DNA of 64,000 bases. Origin: Octopus sinensis (taxonomy: Eukaryota). The translations under genes and the position numbers were made by a program. A model generated the notes under the pieces. The model saw only the letters and a program-made list of their open reading frames with translations, was not told the DNA's origin and made no database searches. This document shows, one piece after another, positions 40,444 to 54,756 of this stretch; within the stretch, counting starts at the first letter, position 1; each line of letters starts with the position of its first letter. The DNA is taken from NCBI RefSeq assembly GCF_006345805.1, contig NC_043000.1, positions 126,976,001 to 127,040,000 of the forward strand, in the 5' to 3' direction.

Positions 40444-43400
40444 CAGGTATGGCTGTGTGGTTAAGAAGCTTGCTTTGCTACCATGTGCGGTTAGGTTCAG
40501 TTCCACTATGTAGTACCTTGGGCAAGTGTCTTCTACCATGGACCAACCAATGCATTGTTAGTGAATTTGGTAGATGGAACCTGTGTGGAACTCCCTTGTA
40601 TAATGTGTGTATGTGTATCCCCACCACCACTTGACAACTAGTGTTGGTTTGTTTCCATCTCTATAACTTAGTAGTTTAGCAAAAGAGACTGACAGAATAA
40701 GTCCAAGATTTAATAAGCACTGGGGTCAGTACTTATTATTATTGTTGGTGCTGTTGCTATCATTGCTGATGTTGACATTGTTATTATTATTATTATTGAG
40801 TGAGAGAGCAGTGCATGCCATCAAAGTGACACTGGGGTAAAATATACGAAGCCTAGTATACCTATCATGACTACCCGTCTGATAAGGGTACACCAGGCAC
40901 ATGCATCACAACCATATTATTATTATTAATTTATTTCATATCCTTATTCTTCTATATTCATATTATTCCACAGTGGCACCATAATTTAATAATACCCACC
41001 AATTTATCCAATAATCTCCACACCTTTCTTTACAATATTGAACTAATTTTCTTTCCTCCCATCTGGTCGTCCATAATTCTCTTCTTCTATGAGACACAAC
41101 ACAGAACTGAGGATGGCATTTAAGTCTTTGACAGTTCAACCTTATGGTCACTATACTAACACTCTAATGACTCGGTCAGCTGTCATTGTCTAATACTAAT
41201 GAAAGATAATAAACACAGTGCATAATACTGTTAATTATTTCATATTTATGCTGGTTGTAACAGTTATTGCTGCTATTTAACCACAGGCCAGTCTTTATTG
41301 AGCTGTCATATAATTGAGATATTCCAACCAATTCTTATTTGAAAACTATATCTTAAACTCATAAACCAATGTATCTATCCTCTCTTTATTATTATTATTA
41401 TTATTATTTTTTAAAGATAACACAGGGATATTTTGAAGGAGACTTAGCTACTGTTTCTATGAGCAACCATGTAAAGATCTTCCTTATTGGTGTGTCAGTT
41501 GTTATTTAGCCCCAGGTCAGCCTGAATGAGCAGATCTATAATTGAATGAGTCTCCCTCATAATGCATTGTTTTTTTATTTGGTCATTCTTTTTACGGGCA
41601 GAGCAATGTTTTTAAGATGGTAAGGTGCGATTTCATGGAAATTTGGTACAACTGCAGAAGCCCCTTCTCATTTGTTCATAATGGTATATTAAGCTCTAGG
41701 TCATTCAGAACATGTATCTAAGACATTATTTATCCATGATCTTAGGGAATAATATGAGATTTGACTGCTATATCTAGCACATTACATGACCACATAGAGG
41801 TTCCCTTGTGTTAAGTACATGATGGTAGAGTTAATACTCACTTATTTCTTACTGAGATGGCACAGATAACAATAAATGGTGAGGAAGATGAAGAAGAAAA
41901 TTTAAGTAAAGAAAGGAGGGGGGAGTAAAAGATAAGTTTTAAAGAGTTTCTAGAATAGTATTTATTACTTACCAGAATCTTCACTTCAAGTTCTTCAATC
42001 AATACCAACTGTTGTTTTAGGTTGCTGTCAACAGATGAAGTATCATGCTCTTTGGAAAGGACTTTTTTCTTAACCATGGCAATACGATCTAAAGATTCTT
42101 GAGTGGCTTGCTAGTATGGTAGATAGGAGATAAAATATTTTTACTCAAACAGAATACGCATATATATTACATATATACATACATAGTATACATATACTTC
42201 AAAAGTATTTATATATATAGAACAGTACCAAACAGTGATTAGAAATAAATAAACTTAAGGTTTGTTAAAATATGTGTGATATATTTTAACTTCTAAAACA
42301 CAAATTCTCTGCAGTTATCATAGGGAAAAATTTCTCTTATAGCAACAATATTTCAACTGACATAAAGTTCCTTTCTATATGTGTACATACACACACACAC
42401 ACAATGTAGGTCTGTAAGTCCTGATTGGGTAGAAATCAGTGTTTTCAATGCAGTACTCAACCTGAACTCCTGGATATCTACACCCACATTAGAATTTTGA
42501 GAAAAAGTTTTTGAGTTCAGGAAATTGAGGTACATTATTGATATGAGTAGTGAGTTAGTCTTATGAAAAGTAACATATTACACAATTAAGAAGATGCAGA
42601 ATGAATTTGGCACATCTCTATTATTAGTTGCAATTGTTTTGGTACCATTCTGTTTCTAATGCCATTACATACAAATGATTTCATATGAAAATGTAACAGC
42701 TCTCATTTTGATTCCAGTCTGATGAAGTGCCCCTCCAATATAATCAACTGTAATTTTTCACATGGAATCATCTACATGCAATGGCATTAGAAATGGAATA
42801 GAACTGGAACAACTACAAATTCATTCTTTGCCTTCTGAATTGTCTGAAAACAAGAACCTGCTCTATTCCAACCACTTTCTTTATAGTTTAACCCCCATCT
42901 AACATACTGAGGCAACATTCTCCCTCCCTTGGTTTGTTGACTTGCAAGTTATTTAATGACCTTACTGGTGCCAATAGCATGAAAATGCACCCAGTACACA
43001 CTGAAAAGCAGTTGGCATTAGGAAGAGCATCCAGCTATAGTAACCTTGTCAAAGCAGACAGTGAAGTATGATGCAGTCCTTGACTCATTGAATCCTTGTC
43101 AAACCATCCAACCCATGTCAACATGGAACATTGAACATAAAATGAAGATGATTATGATAGTGATGATTATGATCATTGTACAAAAAAATGACAGTAAAAT
43201 AAAAATTTTAAATAGTTTAAACTTACCTGATATTTTTGACTAATAGAGTCAATCTTACTTTCAGTCAGATGTAGAGGTTCAGGAGAAGACAAAAACACAT
43301 ATTTCTGCTCCAACCAAACTATTGTTTCCTTTAAAGAGTTGCTCAGTTCCTTTTCATTCATTTCTTTCATCTGGCACTCTTGAATCTTTTGGTCTATATT

Positions 43401-46400
43401 TCTTTTGCTGGTGTTAATATCAGACTGAACAATTCTGAGTTGTGAAGTCAAAGAATTGTCATTGTTATTTGGTAGATCTAAGTCTATTTGGTTTGCTTTC
43501 TCTGCCATAGCACCAAGACCTTTTTCACATGTTTGTAACTCATTGTAAACAACCTGAATTGGGAGAAGCCACAAGGAAGAAAATTTTACCTAAGCACTGT
43601 ATACAATAATTTCATTATATATTATATATATACATATATATAGTACACATGTTTCATTATAAATACAGTTATGTTCAAGTTTTATCTATTTCATATTACA
43701 GTGATCATATTTTCCTATTAGCATTTTACAATTGGTATGAAACAGTGTCCTAAGCAGACCGAGTGCAGATATGAACAGCATATAGGAACTGGTATTAAGG
43801 AAGGATAGGAGAATATTAGATTTATAAGCCCTAAAATTCACTCCATAATTGCCCATGGGCATATGGCGTAGTGGTTAAGAGCACGGGCTACTAACCCTAA
43901 GATTCCGAGTTCAATTATTATTATTCTCTGGATAATATTAATAATAATAATAATAACAACAACAACAATATCGAAAAATACCTTAGGAATGAGAACTCAG
44001 GTTCAAAATTTCTCCAAGACACCTGATGAAGGCTGAAGGGTATATCAGCTGAAATGTTGTGTTAACAACAAACAAGATGAAGACAAATGTCCGTCAATTA
44101 TAAATATTGTAAATAACGAAACAGTAGTGTTTTCAAATCCATATCTGATATTTCTAGACCTTCGCAGTATCATTTCCCAAAACTGTACTGAATATATTTG
44201 GAATTTGTATTGTCTTTTTATACACTGAACTTATAGAGTGTTGACCAATTGACCAAAGGATTGAGGGTTTATCTTCCATACTAGTGCTGTTTGTGTTGTT
44301 TTGTTTGATTTATCATAAGTTAGTTTGTGAAGAAATGTATTTCTCATGACCTTTGCAGACCATATACTCAGATGGGCAAGATTGGAGCAGATGATGCCAA
44401 GTCCAAGCATTTGCAGGAAAAAAAACATGGACAAGGAAAATATCTGGTTGTGACATCTGTAATGGAGTAAACTGCTAAAGGTACCTAAGACCAGATGGTG
44501 GTATGAAACGGGGTTGTGTGTTAGACACAACTATTAGCAAATACATTAAATATTCTATTGCTAAGTCCACTTGATAGTATGTAAGTAGTGTGAAGGAGGC
44601 ATATAATATATCTTTAGAGACAACATGGCAATGTATAACAGATCCATGTTTTGTTAGTTGGAAATGTTGAGCACAGAATTCTCTTGTTTGTTTACTTTAC
44701 CACAGAAATATGAAAAGATGTTTAATTTGTCATAGTTTATATAATGAAAACTAATATCAATATTGACTGTAAAGACTGTGATTTGTTATAGCCAGCTTGT
44801 TAATGGTAAGTGTTCTGTTGGAGCATCACGAAAGTGATATAAAGTCACTCAGATGAAAAATATGAATTTGTATCTGTTATATGAATGAAATTGTGATATC
44901 CTTCACAAACTCAGTGTCTGATCATAGAAGCTAGAGAACTCTCTGTATTAAGGACACTGAACTCTTTGAGCAAACTCATATTGAAGTCCTTATAGAGTAA
45001 TAGAGGTGGAGGGCACAAACAACTAAATTGATTATATTACCCAATAATATTTATTTTTCATTTTATTTTTACTTACATTTTATAATTTGGATTGTATTTT
45101 CTTTGATTTTTAAAAAAATATTATTATTATTATCATTGTTATTATTATTTTGTCTGTTTACTATAACTATCAATATTGCAAATGTCATAAGTGTATTTGG
45201 TGAATTCCTGGTTCTTGACAAATTTCCGCACTGTAAGTGTAGGTGAATTATAAGAATCTATAAAACTTTTATAACATAGAGTCTGAATAAACTGGTGATG
45301 GTTCATGCTGGCAAAAATTATACAAAGAAAGTGTATATGCTTTTGGGGAGAAGAAAATGATATATTGCTCTAATGTATTGCACTGATCCTTTGTCTGAAA
45401 AAAAAAAAAAAACATTATTTTTCCGACCCAGTTTTGAAATGTCAAATTCCCTTTTCCCCTGTAGCATTGAACTTATCCAAACTGGTGAACTTCTCTGTTC
45501 AAGACTTCTTTGCAACCTGATCAAAGCTGCTCTCAGTTTGCCAGTAAGTGATGATGGCCAGGTTGAAAATAAAAACGTGATAGCATTTGGAGATTGTTAC
45601 AATGGTTCTTAAAAGAAAATGCTCCAAGAACATTGCTTTCAGTCATGTCTTCATGCTCAAGTGAAGAATGAATAAAGTGCTAAGGAGAAAAACCTGAAGA
45701 TATACTGAGTTCAGAATAACAGTTGTAGTCTCTTTTATGTGTGCATTAGGCTTCTTTGAAAGATATTATTCATTTTCACTTTGAAAAGAAAGAACCTTTT
45801 ATTCTGATCTAGGAAATATCAGAAAGAAATTTTTACAATCTATGTTGCAATATTGTAAACTTTTTATTGAAAAATCTTTTAAAATATGACTATTAACCTT
45901 TTCGATACCAACCTGCCTGAGACAGAGCCTGGTTTTATGATACAAACTCCTTGCTCAAAGTGATCTACATTACACCATTTCACCAAAATTTCATGTAAGT
46001 TCTTATTTCAAATACTAGCTTAATACTTTTTTTCTAATTTTGGAATGAGGCTAGTAATTTTGGTGGGAAGGGAAGTTGATTTCTTCAACCCCGTTGATTA
46101 ACTGGTACTTATTTTATTGACCACCAACAAGAATGAAAGATAAAGTTGACCTTGATGGAATTTGAACTTAGAACATAAAGAACCAGAAAACATTTTGTCT
46201 GGCATGCTGAAGATTTTGTCAGCTCACCGTCTTAAACAGCAGTTTCAGCCTTTAACATTCAAATTATTTTGTCAAATGTCTGAGAACTCCTTTGGTCATA
46301 ACTGACCATGGGATTGCACCTAGAAAGTTACCCTCCCAGGCTTAAGTTCAGGAAAGGTTGTTTATGGAAGACCAGCAGTCACCCATGCATACTGGCCGCC

Positions 46401-49400
46401 CCTCTCCATGCCACCAGTGTTATCCAAGGGAAAGGCAAAGGCCGATACAGCTTGGTACCTGTGACGTCGCAACTCATTTCTAGAGCTGAGTGAACTGGAG
46501 CAACGTGAAATAAAGTGTCTTGCTTTAGAACACAACATGCAGCCTGGTCTGGGATTCGAACTCACAACCTCACGATCGTAAGCTCAACGCTCTAACCACT
46601 GAACCATGCACCTTGTCAAATGTAATACTTATTTATTTATAATGTTTTGAATAAATCATGCATTGTCTTGTAGCTTCAAGATTTTAATGATGTGAATGTT
46701 TATTTTTAGAATGACATTGTAAGGTAGGTGTGAGAGGCTGGATCTGGCTGGTTTGAACATAAAATAGGTAGAATATTTGGGCTGAATATGACTGGTTTAA
46801 ATATTAAAAGTTTAATAATGGTTTCAAATTTTGGAACAAGGCCAGCAATTTTGGGGGAGGGTAAGTCAATTACAATTGACCCCAGTGTTCAACAGGTGCT
46901 TATTTTATTGACCCAGGTGGCATTTGAACCCAGAATGCAAAACCAGAAGGAATGCCGTTAAGCATTTTGTCCAACATGGTAACGATCTTGCCAGCTCACC
47001 ACCTTAAGTAAGTTTCATGGTGATAGTTATTTTACTGAATTTCAAAATTGAAACGAAAACAGTGTTTCAGTATATTCTAACATAAAAATGGTAAAAGAAA
47101 GAACAAAAAACAGCAACAAACCTTATATTTATTCACTTTTTCAGTAGTTGGGATGTTTAAAGCTGAGACCTCATCAACTTTCAGACTAGAATCTCTAAAT
47201 GAAGTTTCCAAGCTAGCAAATTCTGTATGATATTGTTTTCGTAGATCCACTGCAACCTTTAAACGGTTGAGTAACTGAGTTATGTGTTCATTTAACAATG
47301 AGTACTTTGTTAGAATCTGTTGTATGTTAGTCGCGCTTGAAGACTGACCAGTGGTGCTGAATTTTTTAACATATTCAGTCAATTTTTCTACAATATGGTT
47401 ATAACTCTCCATTTCTAGGCTCAGTTCCTATATCATACAAAAAGAAAAATATTTAAGTGAAAGACAATATAAAAATTTAACTAAACAAAACCCTATGAAA
47501 AATGTTTAGGAAATGGAAGAAGAGTGTGTGCTGTGAGATCCTTGTTCTTTCAAATGAAGTCGGCTTGCCAAAAGTGTGAGAATTTTTTTTCTCTTTGTGG
47601 CTCACAAAATAATTTCAATTTTGTAAATTTAATTAAGGTGTGAGTGTGGTGCTGTGATCAAGAAGTTTGCTTTCCAACCATGTGGTCTTGGGTTCTGTCC
47701 CACTGCATGGCACCTTGGGCAAGTATCTTCCACTATAGCCCTGTGCTGACCAAAGCCTTATGAATGGATTAGGTAAAAGGAAACCAAAAGAATCTTGTAA
47801 TGTATGTATGTATGTACGTATGTAAGTATGTATGAATGAATGTCTATACATGTGTGTGTGTGTGTGTGCATTTGTATGTTCCTGTGTCTTGTCATGGCTC
47901 TAAACAAACTTCATTTGACCAGGTAGTAATTACATAAACATAAAAAAAGGGAGGAATTTTTTTGTGACTTGAAGTGCTTTTCACCATAGTTCTTCTCAAT
48001 CAAAGCTGAGCGACCAAACAACAATAATAACAGCCACTATGCCACCACCACCACTCTTCTTTAAGGTCAATTTTATCGTCTTGACCAGAAACTCTAAACT
48101 CAAAAGATCTACAGATTTCCTGTCAAACAAAATAACAAAAAGTAAAGAAAAAGAAAAGAGCATTGTGTCTTATTTAGACCATAGCTTTAGTTTCATATCT
48201 TATTCATTGGCTAATGAAATCATTATGGAGGAAAGACAGAGCTTGAGGGAAAACATTGTACAGGAATATACTTCTAAATTTAACAGCCCAAGATAAGCTA
48301 ATGATAGAGAATTTAGTATTGCTGAACTATATAAAGTAAAATTATGTGAATGACTGCAAAATGTATTCCTGTCAGTAACATTTAAAGAATCAGTCTTCTT
48401 ACTGGAAACAGGCATGGCTGTGTGGTTAAGAAGTTTACTTTGCAACTGCATGGTTCTGGGTTCAATCTCATTGCTTGCTACCTGGGTTAGCTAATGCTTT
48501 CTGAGAGGAATATGGGTAGGTGAGTCATTGGACTGTAGCCATGCTGGGGCACCACCTTGAAGTGTTTTAGTCAAATAAATTGATGCCAAAACTTATTTTT
48601 TACGTCTGGTGCTTATTCTATACAGTTTTGATTTTTTTTCACCAACTGTTAAGTTAAAGGGATATAAACAAAGCAACAATGGTTGTCAAATAATGCTGGG
48701 AAACAAAAACAAATACACATGACAGGCTTCCACACAGTTTCCATGTACCAAATTCACTAACATGACATTGGTCAATGAAAGTTATAGTAGAAGACACTTT
48801 TCCAAGATGCTGAACACTGGGAATAAACCTGAAACCACATGACTAAAAAATAAGCTTCTTAACCACACAGCTATCCCTAGGCCTAGAAAGCGCCTCAATT
48901 AAATGGCCACTTTTTCATACTTGCATGGGTCAAATTTTCTATGGCTGGATGCTTTTCTTGCTATTGTTCACAAATTGCTACATAAAATAAATAAATAAAT
49001 ATCATCATAATGATTTAATGCCCATATTCCTTGTTTTCATGGGTTGGATGGCTCAATAGGATCCAGTGGACCCAAGGACTGCATCATGTGTCAGTGTCTG
49101 CTTCAGCATGGTTTCTGCACCTGGATACCCTTCTTAACACCAACCACTTTACAACATGCCCTGGGTGCTTTTTCATGCCAACCAGCAATATGAGGATGTC
49201 ATGCACTTTGCAAGACAACAATCCTTGAATAAGGTAGAAATTTTATGCTAGAAGAAAATGCGGTAGAGAGGAGTAAAGTATGAGAGAAAGGGCCGAAGCA
49301 GAACAGGATTCTTGTTATAGAGGAGCGACATGGCAACTCCCATTTTAGAAGAGAGGGTGTGGTGGGAGAGTTTGAAAGTGATAAAAAAAGTGGTGATGAG

Positions 49401-51580
49401 GTATCAGAGTAGACCTTCATGGTATGAAGTGGGTAGGAAGGAATTTGGGCAGGGGTACCAGGAGCAAGTGGGTGGAATAGGGGATGTCTGATAGTGCAGA
49501 CAGGTGGGTGGGTGGCAGAATAGACATAATGATACATTTAAATAAATAATGATTAAAACAGAAATATGCAAAGTAATTTACTTCTACCTTGTAATGTAGT
49601 AAAAGTTTCTCAGCTTCTTCCACAGAACTTCCAATTGGAGTAACAAGAGATGTTTGGTTCTCAATCGATTCTAAGCATATTGATAGACTTTGAACATTAG
49701 AATCAATTTCATCGTGTTGACTCAGAGATTCCTGGAGCAACTTCAAAGAGTTAGACACTTCTTGGGAAACACTGAAAACAAAAACACATTATAGATCAAT
49801 CACTATTGAATTTTAAATAACCAATCAATATCTATAATTTTATTGGTTTCAGTAATTAAATTACAACCATACTGGGGCACTGGCTTCAAAGACTTTTCAT
49901 GTTTCTAATCTGTTTTATTGACACCCCCACCTCCATAGTACTTATTTCTGCCTGGTACTTATTTTGTCAATCTCTATTTATTGAATCTCTAAGTTACACC
50001 CTGACATAGAGGGATACAACTAGTCACGTTGGTTAACACAAACTGACACCCATACATACACACATACATTAATGACAAACTGGAGATTATCCACATGGGC
50101 GGATAGATAATTACTTTTAACAGAATTAAATAGCTTGATATCATAGTTTTCATGTGAAAACACTTGCATTGAAACCTATGGTATTGGACAACTGAATGTC
50201 ACACACATACACACACACACACACACACACAATGGCCTCCAATGCAGTTTCCATCCATCAAATCCCACTCACAAAGAAATAATTGATCTGAGGCCACCAT
50301 AGGAGAAACTTGTCCAAGTTAGTGAGCAATGAGATTGATCCCAGAACCCTATGACTAAGAAATAAGCTTCTTAGCCATGAGGCTAAAGTCTGCACCTATA
50401 TTTATATGCACCTATATTTATATGCTTTATCATGTTGATCATTAGCTACATAAATAGTCAAGACTATTGAAAAGGTTGCAAGATGCAACAAAAATTTTAG
50501 GAAAATAAAAATAGAAAATAAGTGGAAATTTAACCGGTGAGTGTGTTAAATTATAAGGCACAAAAAGAAAATGACTCTTTCCAGACACAACAGAATATGC
50601 TTCAATACACGAACTCACATAAAGAATCTAGCAAACCAAATCCAAAAACGAAATACATGAATGAAAGAAAATGTCTATTTTGAGAGTTGAAAGTTATTGC
50701 ATATTTAATTCATGGAAAATATCACACCCCTTTTCTTTTCCTTTCATTTTATTTTTTGGTTATAACTTGAATAATAGAGAGATACAATTTTTTTTAGAAA
50801 TTTGTACTAAGTGTATATTAGAACAGCTTGAAGTTTTAGAACTTATCTTTTAAGTCTTCTACAATGATATATGAGTTTGACATCTGTTCCTGGAGTTGCT
50901 TTGAAATTCAGAATAGCTGACAGAACTTAAAATTTGCTCAACAGTAAGATCACTTTAAAAAGATGGTCACTTTTTTCTGTTATATATTTTATATTTTTTT
51001 CACTTCTTTATAATTCATTACTGACAGAACTTCCATGTGACAACTAAGTTCCATTTAGTTGTCATATGGAGAGATGCTAATAAAATAAAAAAAAGTGATT
51101 GCGTTTACAACTATTTTCCCAATGCTAATATAAACTGGACAGATCTATGTGACTTCCTCTCATCACTTGGCTACACCATCAGTTCTCATTCTATAAAAAG
51201 TAACATTTTTTCCTAGTTTTCTTTGGAATGTTTTCTCAACCCATCAATTAACAATAAATTCAAACTCAATGTTATAAACAATGTGGAAGCTGTTATGTGG
51301 TTACTTAACTTACAAAAAACTGTAACCAAATTCACTCCAAAACGTATCTTAAAACTGAACCAAAGGTAGGGCAATATTATCCAATATGTCACAAGAAACT
51401 GACTCAACCCAAATAAAAATATAGGAGTGGCTGTGTGGTAAGTAGCTTGCTTACCAACCACATGGTTCTGGGTTCAGTCCCACTGTGTGGCACCTTGGGC
51501 AAGTGTCTTCTACTATAGCCTCAGGCCGACCAAAGCCTTGTGAGTGGATTTGGTAGACAGAAACTGAAAGAAGCTTGTTG

Positions 51581-51632
<52 letters not shown>

Positions 51633-51767
51633 TCCCCCTCCCCAGCATCGCTTGACAACCGATGTGTTTACATCCCCATAACTTAGTGGTTCGGCAAAAG
51701 AGAACGATAGAATAAGTACTATGCACACACATATATATATATGTGTGTGTGTACGTGTACATATATG

Positions 51768-51819
<52 letters not shown>

Positions 51820-51957
51820 TTCCACCTCGGCATCTGAAACTCGGAGCTTTATCATGGCTACCGAATAATTGTCACATATTACATTTACAGATAAATTCCT
51901 CTATTTACACAATATCGAGGTCTCTTTCTTTCTTTTGTTGTCTTACCATTTTTATCA

Positions 51958-52003
<46 letters not shown>

Positions 52004-52152
52004 TTATATGTATGTAAAGTACAACACTCTAAGTAGCCAAGAAATAACCTGGAACATCAGATGGGAGCTAAAAATGCACCATCAGAAGGAACCAGCCTTG
52101 GCATTTTGCTCAGTGAAATTCAGTATCTGTCTGGATATTATTTCCCTTATCT

Positions 52153-52210
<58 letters not shown>

Positions 52211-54713
52211 GAATCAGTCAGTAGTTCATACATCTGAAAAGAAGCACACTCTAAAACATTAGAGAAATGATATTTAGAAAGTTGTTTGTTATGGCCAGTC
52301 AGAGTCATCTCTAGGGATGAGTTGCCTATACAGCAAAGTGCTTTATAGGTGTTAAATCAATGGTTACTCTCTGATCAGCCATAACAGACAACCTTCTATA
52401 TATGTATATGTGTAATGTGTGTGTGTGTGTGTGTGTATCTATATAAATTTATGTATGTATCTATGTATAAATATATATGTTCATACCTGGTTGTTTTACT
52501 GTTTAAGTCTTTGATTTGTTCTTGCATAGCTTGGTTATCAGTTGCAGAGAGATGTGGTTGCATTGCAGTAGAGATAGTTTCTACATCAGACAGAAGAACA
52601 ATTTTTTCTTCACATGTTTGATTCAATGCCTGAAAAGAGAAGTCAGTCTTTTTATTTAAGATTCTCTAAAAAGAAACTGTATGTGGTGGGGAAAAAAAAC
52701 CAAAAAAGAAACATATCTTTTACTTGATTAACTCAACAAGTTATAATATTTTTTCATAAATAATGTTAACCAACAAGCAAGAAAGGAGCAAAATATTTGC
52801 AAAGATCTGTTAGCTTACCTGATATTCTTCAACTTGCTTTCGAAGAACTGACGTGGCACAATCGGTGTGGATAGGATTTGAAGATTTCATTTTTGTAGTT
52901 TTGTACCATTTCTTAAGTTGTTCACAATTTGACTCATATTTACAAAGATGGTTAAAGAACAACTCCACATCACTAAGGTATGTTGTAATTTGCTGTTTAA
53001 GTGAATTATAACGAGTCTCCAAACCTGGAATAGAAAAAAGAAATAAAGGTAACAATTTAATTCATATTATTACGTACTAGCTGTGTGGTTAAGAAGTTCA
53101 TTTCCCAGACATGTGGTACTGGATTCAGTTTCCCAAATGGCATGACTCCTTGAGCAAGTGGAACTGAACACTCTGCTATACCCTGTGCCAACTGAAGCCT
53201 TGTGTGTATGGATCTGAAAGAAACATGTCTTATACATCTATATCACTGTGATCACTGTGACTGACCAGGCTATCAGATGTTGCTACACATCGCTGGTCAC
53301 AATGCGCTTTGCATTGTTTTAGTGTTCAAATGACGCGACACCGCTGGCTAAGTGAGCAGGCCAACAGAAGAAAGAGTGAGAGAAAGTTGTGGTGAAAGAG
53401 TACAGCAGGGCTCGCCACCACCCCCTGCCAGAGCCTCGTGGAGCTTTCGGTGCTTTCGCTCAATAAACACTCACAACGCCCAGTCAGGGAATTGAAACCA
53501 CGAGTCTGCTGCCCTAACCACAGGGCCATTGCACCTCCATACGACTGTAGAATCCTTATCTAAATCTATCTGCCTGTCTACCTATCTATGTATGTATGGT
53601 ATCTATCTATATATCAATAGAGTATCAGACAAAATGTTTTGTGGTATTTGTTCCAACTCTTTATTTTTGAAATCCTACTAAGATCAACCATGCCTTTCAT
53701 TCATTTGGATTAAAAGAAAAAAAAAAAAACAGTCTATTCCTGTGGATTGGCACAATTGTAAGAATGATGAATTCGATGGCTGGTGGTGGTCTGATGGTAT
53801 TTCTCCTGGAGTTTTACATTCTGAATTCAAATCCTACCATGACTCATTCAGTGGCAGATTGAATTAACACCCCACCTGGCTCCTTGGTTGTCTATAGCAA
53901 TGTCTCCCTCCATTACAAGCATTGAAACTGTCTTTAGTTTGAGGATAACTTCCTTTCTCATTCCTCCCCACCAATTTTGGAGGCTCTGTATGGTATCATG
54001 AACACTGTCTTCTCTTCTAAGAAAAACAATATCTTTATTTAACCCTTTATCATTTAAACTGGCCATATCCGGCCTTAACATTCTATCTGTTTTATGTTCA
54101 AAGTGACCAGATCCAGCCTCTCACACCTACCCTACAATATCATTCTAAAAGTAAACAGTAATATTATTGAAATCTCAAATCTACAAGATAATGCATGATT
54201 AATTCAAAGCAATACCAATAAATAAGCAATAAAATAGAAAGAGAAACCTGAATGCTAAAGGGTTAATAAGCTTTTCTTTATAAGCATGTTAAAATTATTA
54301 TAATTCAGAATTTAAATTTTAGCCACTAGTAATATAACAGTGAAGCTGCACATTACATTATTTACATTCGATGGATATTTGTCCTCATCTTGTTTGTTGT
54401 TAACACTATGTTTTGGCTGATATACCCTAGGTGTCTTGGGGAAATTTTGCAAAAAATATGACCATGGGCATATGGCGTAGTGGTTAAGAGCGTGGGCTAC
54501 TAACCCCAAGATTCTGAGTTCGATTCCAAGCAGTTACCTGAACAACAACAACAATAATAATAATAATAATAATAATAATCATTTGATGTCCACTTTCCAT
54601 GGTAGCATGGGATGGACGATTTGACTGAGGTCCAGCGAACCAGATGGCTACACCAGACTCCAATCTGATCTGGCAGAGTTTCTACAGCTGGATGCCCTTC
54701 ATAATAATAATAA

Positions 54714-54756
<43 letters not shown>

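Noticed and set aside
50820-50940. Coiled-coil-like [22 protein letters not shown] on the minus strand
   Set aside because: Bounded by stops, with no compatible splice sites; exons 6 and 7 already join in phase.
43851-54540. tRNA genes at 43855 and 54465, and other SINE heads
   Set aside because: A and B boxes are present but there is no complete cloverleaf or acceptor stem; these are SINE-type heads.
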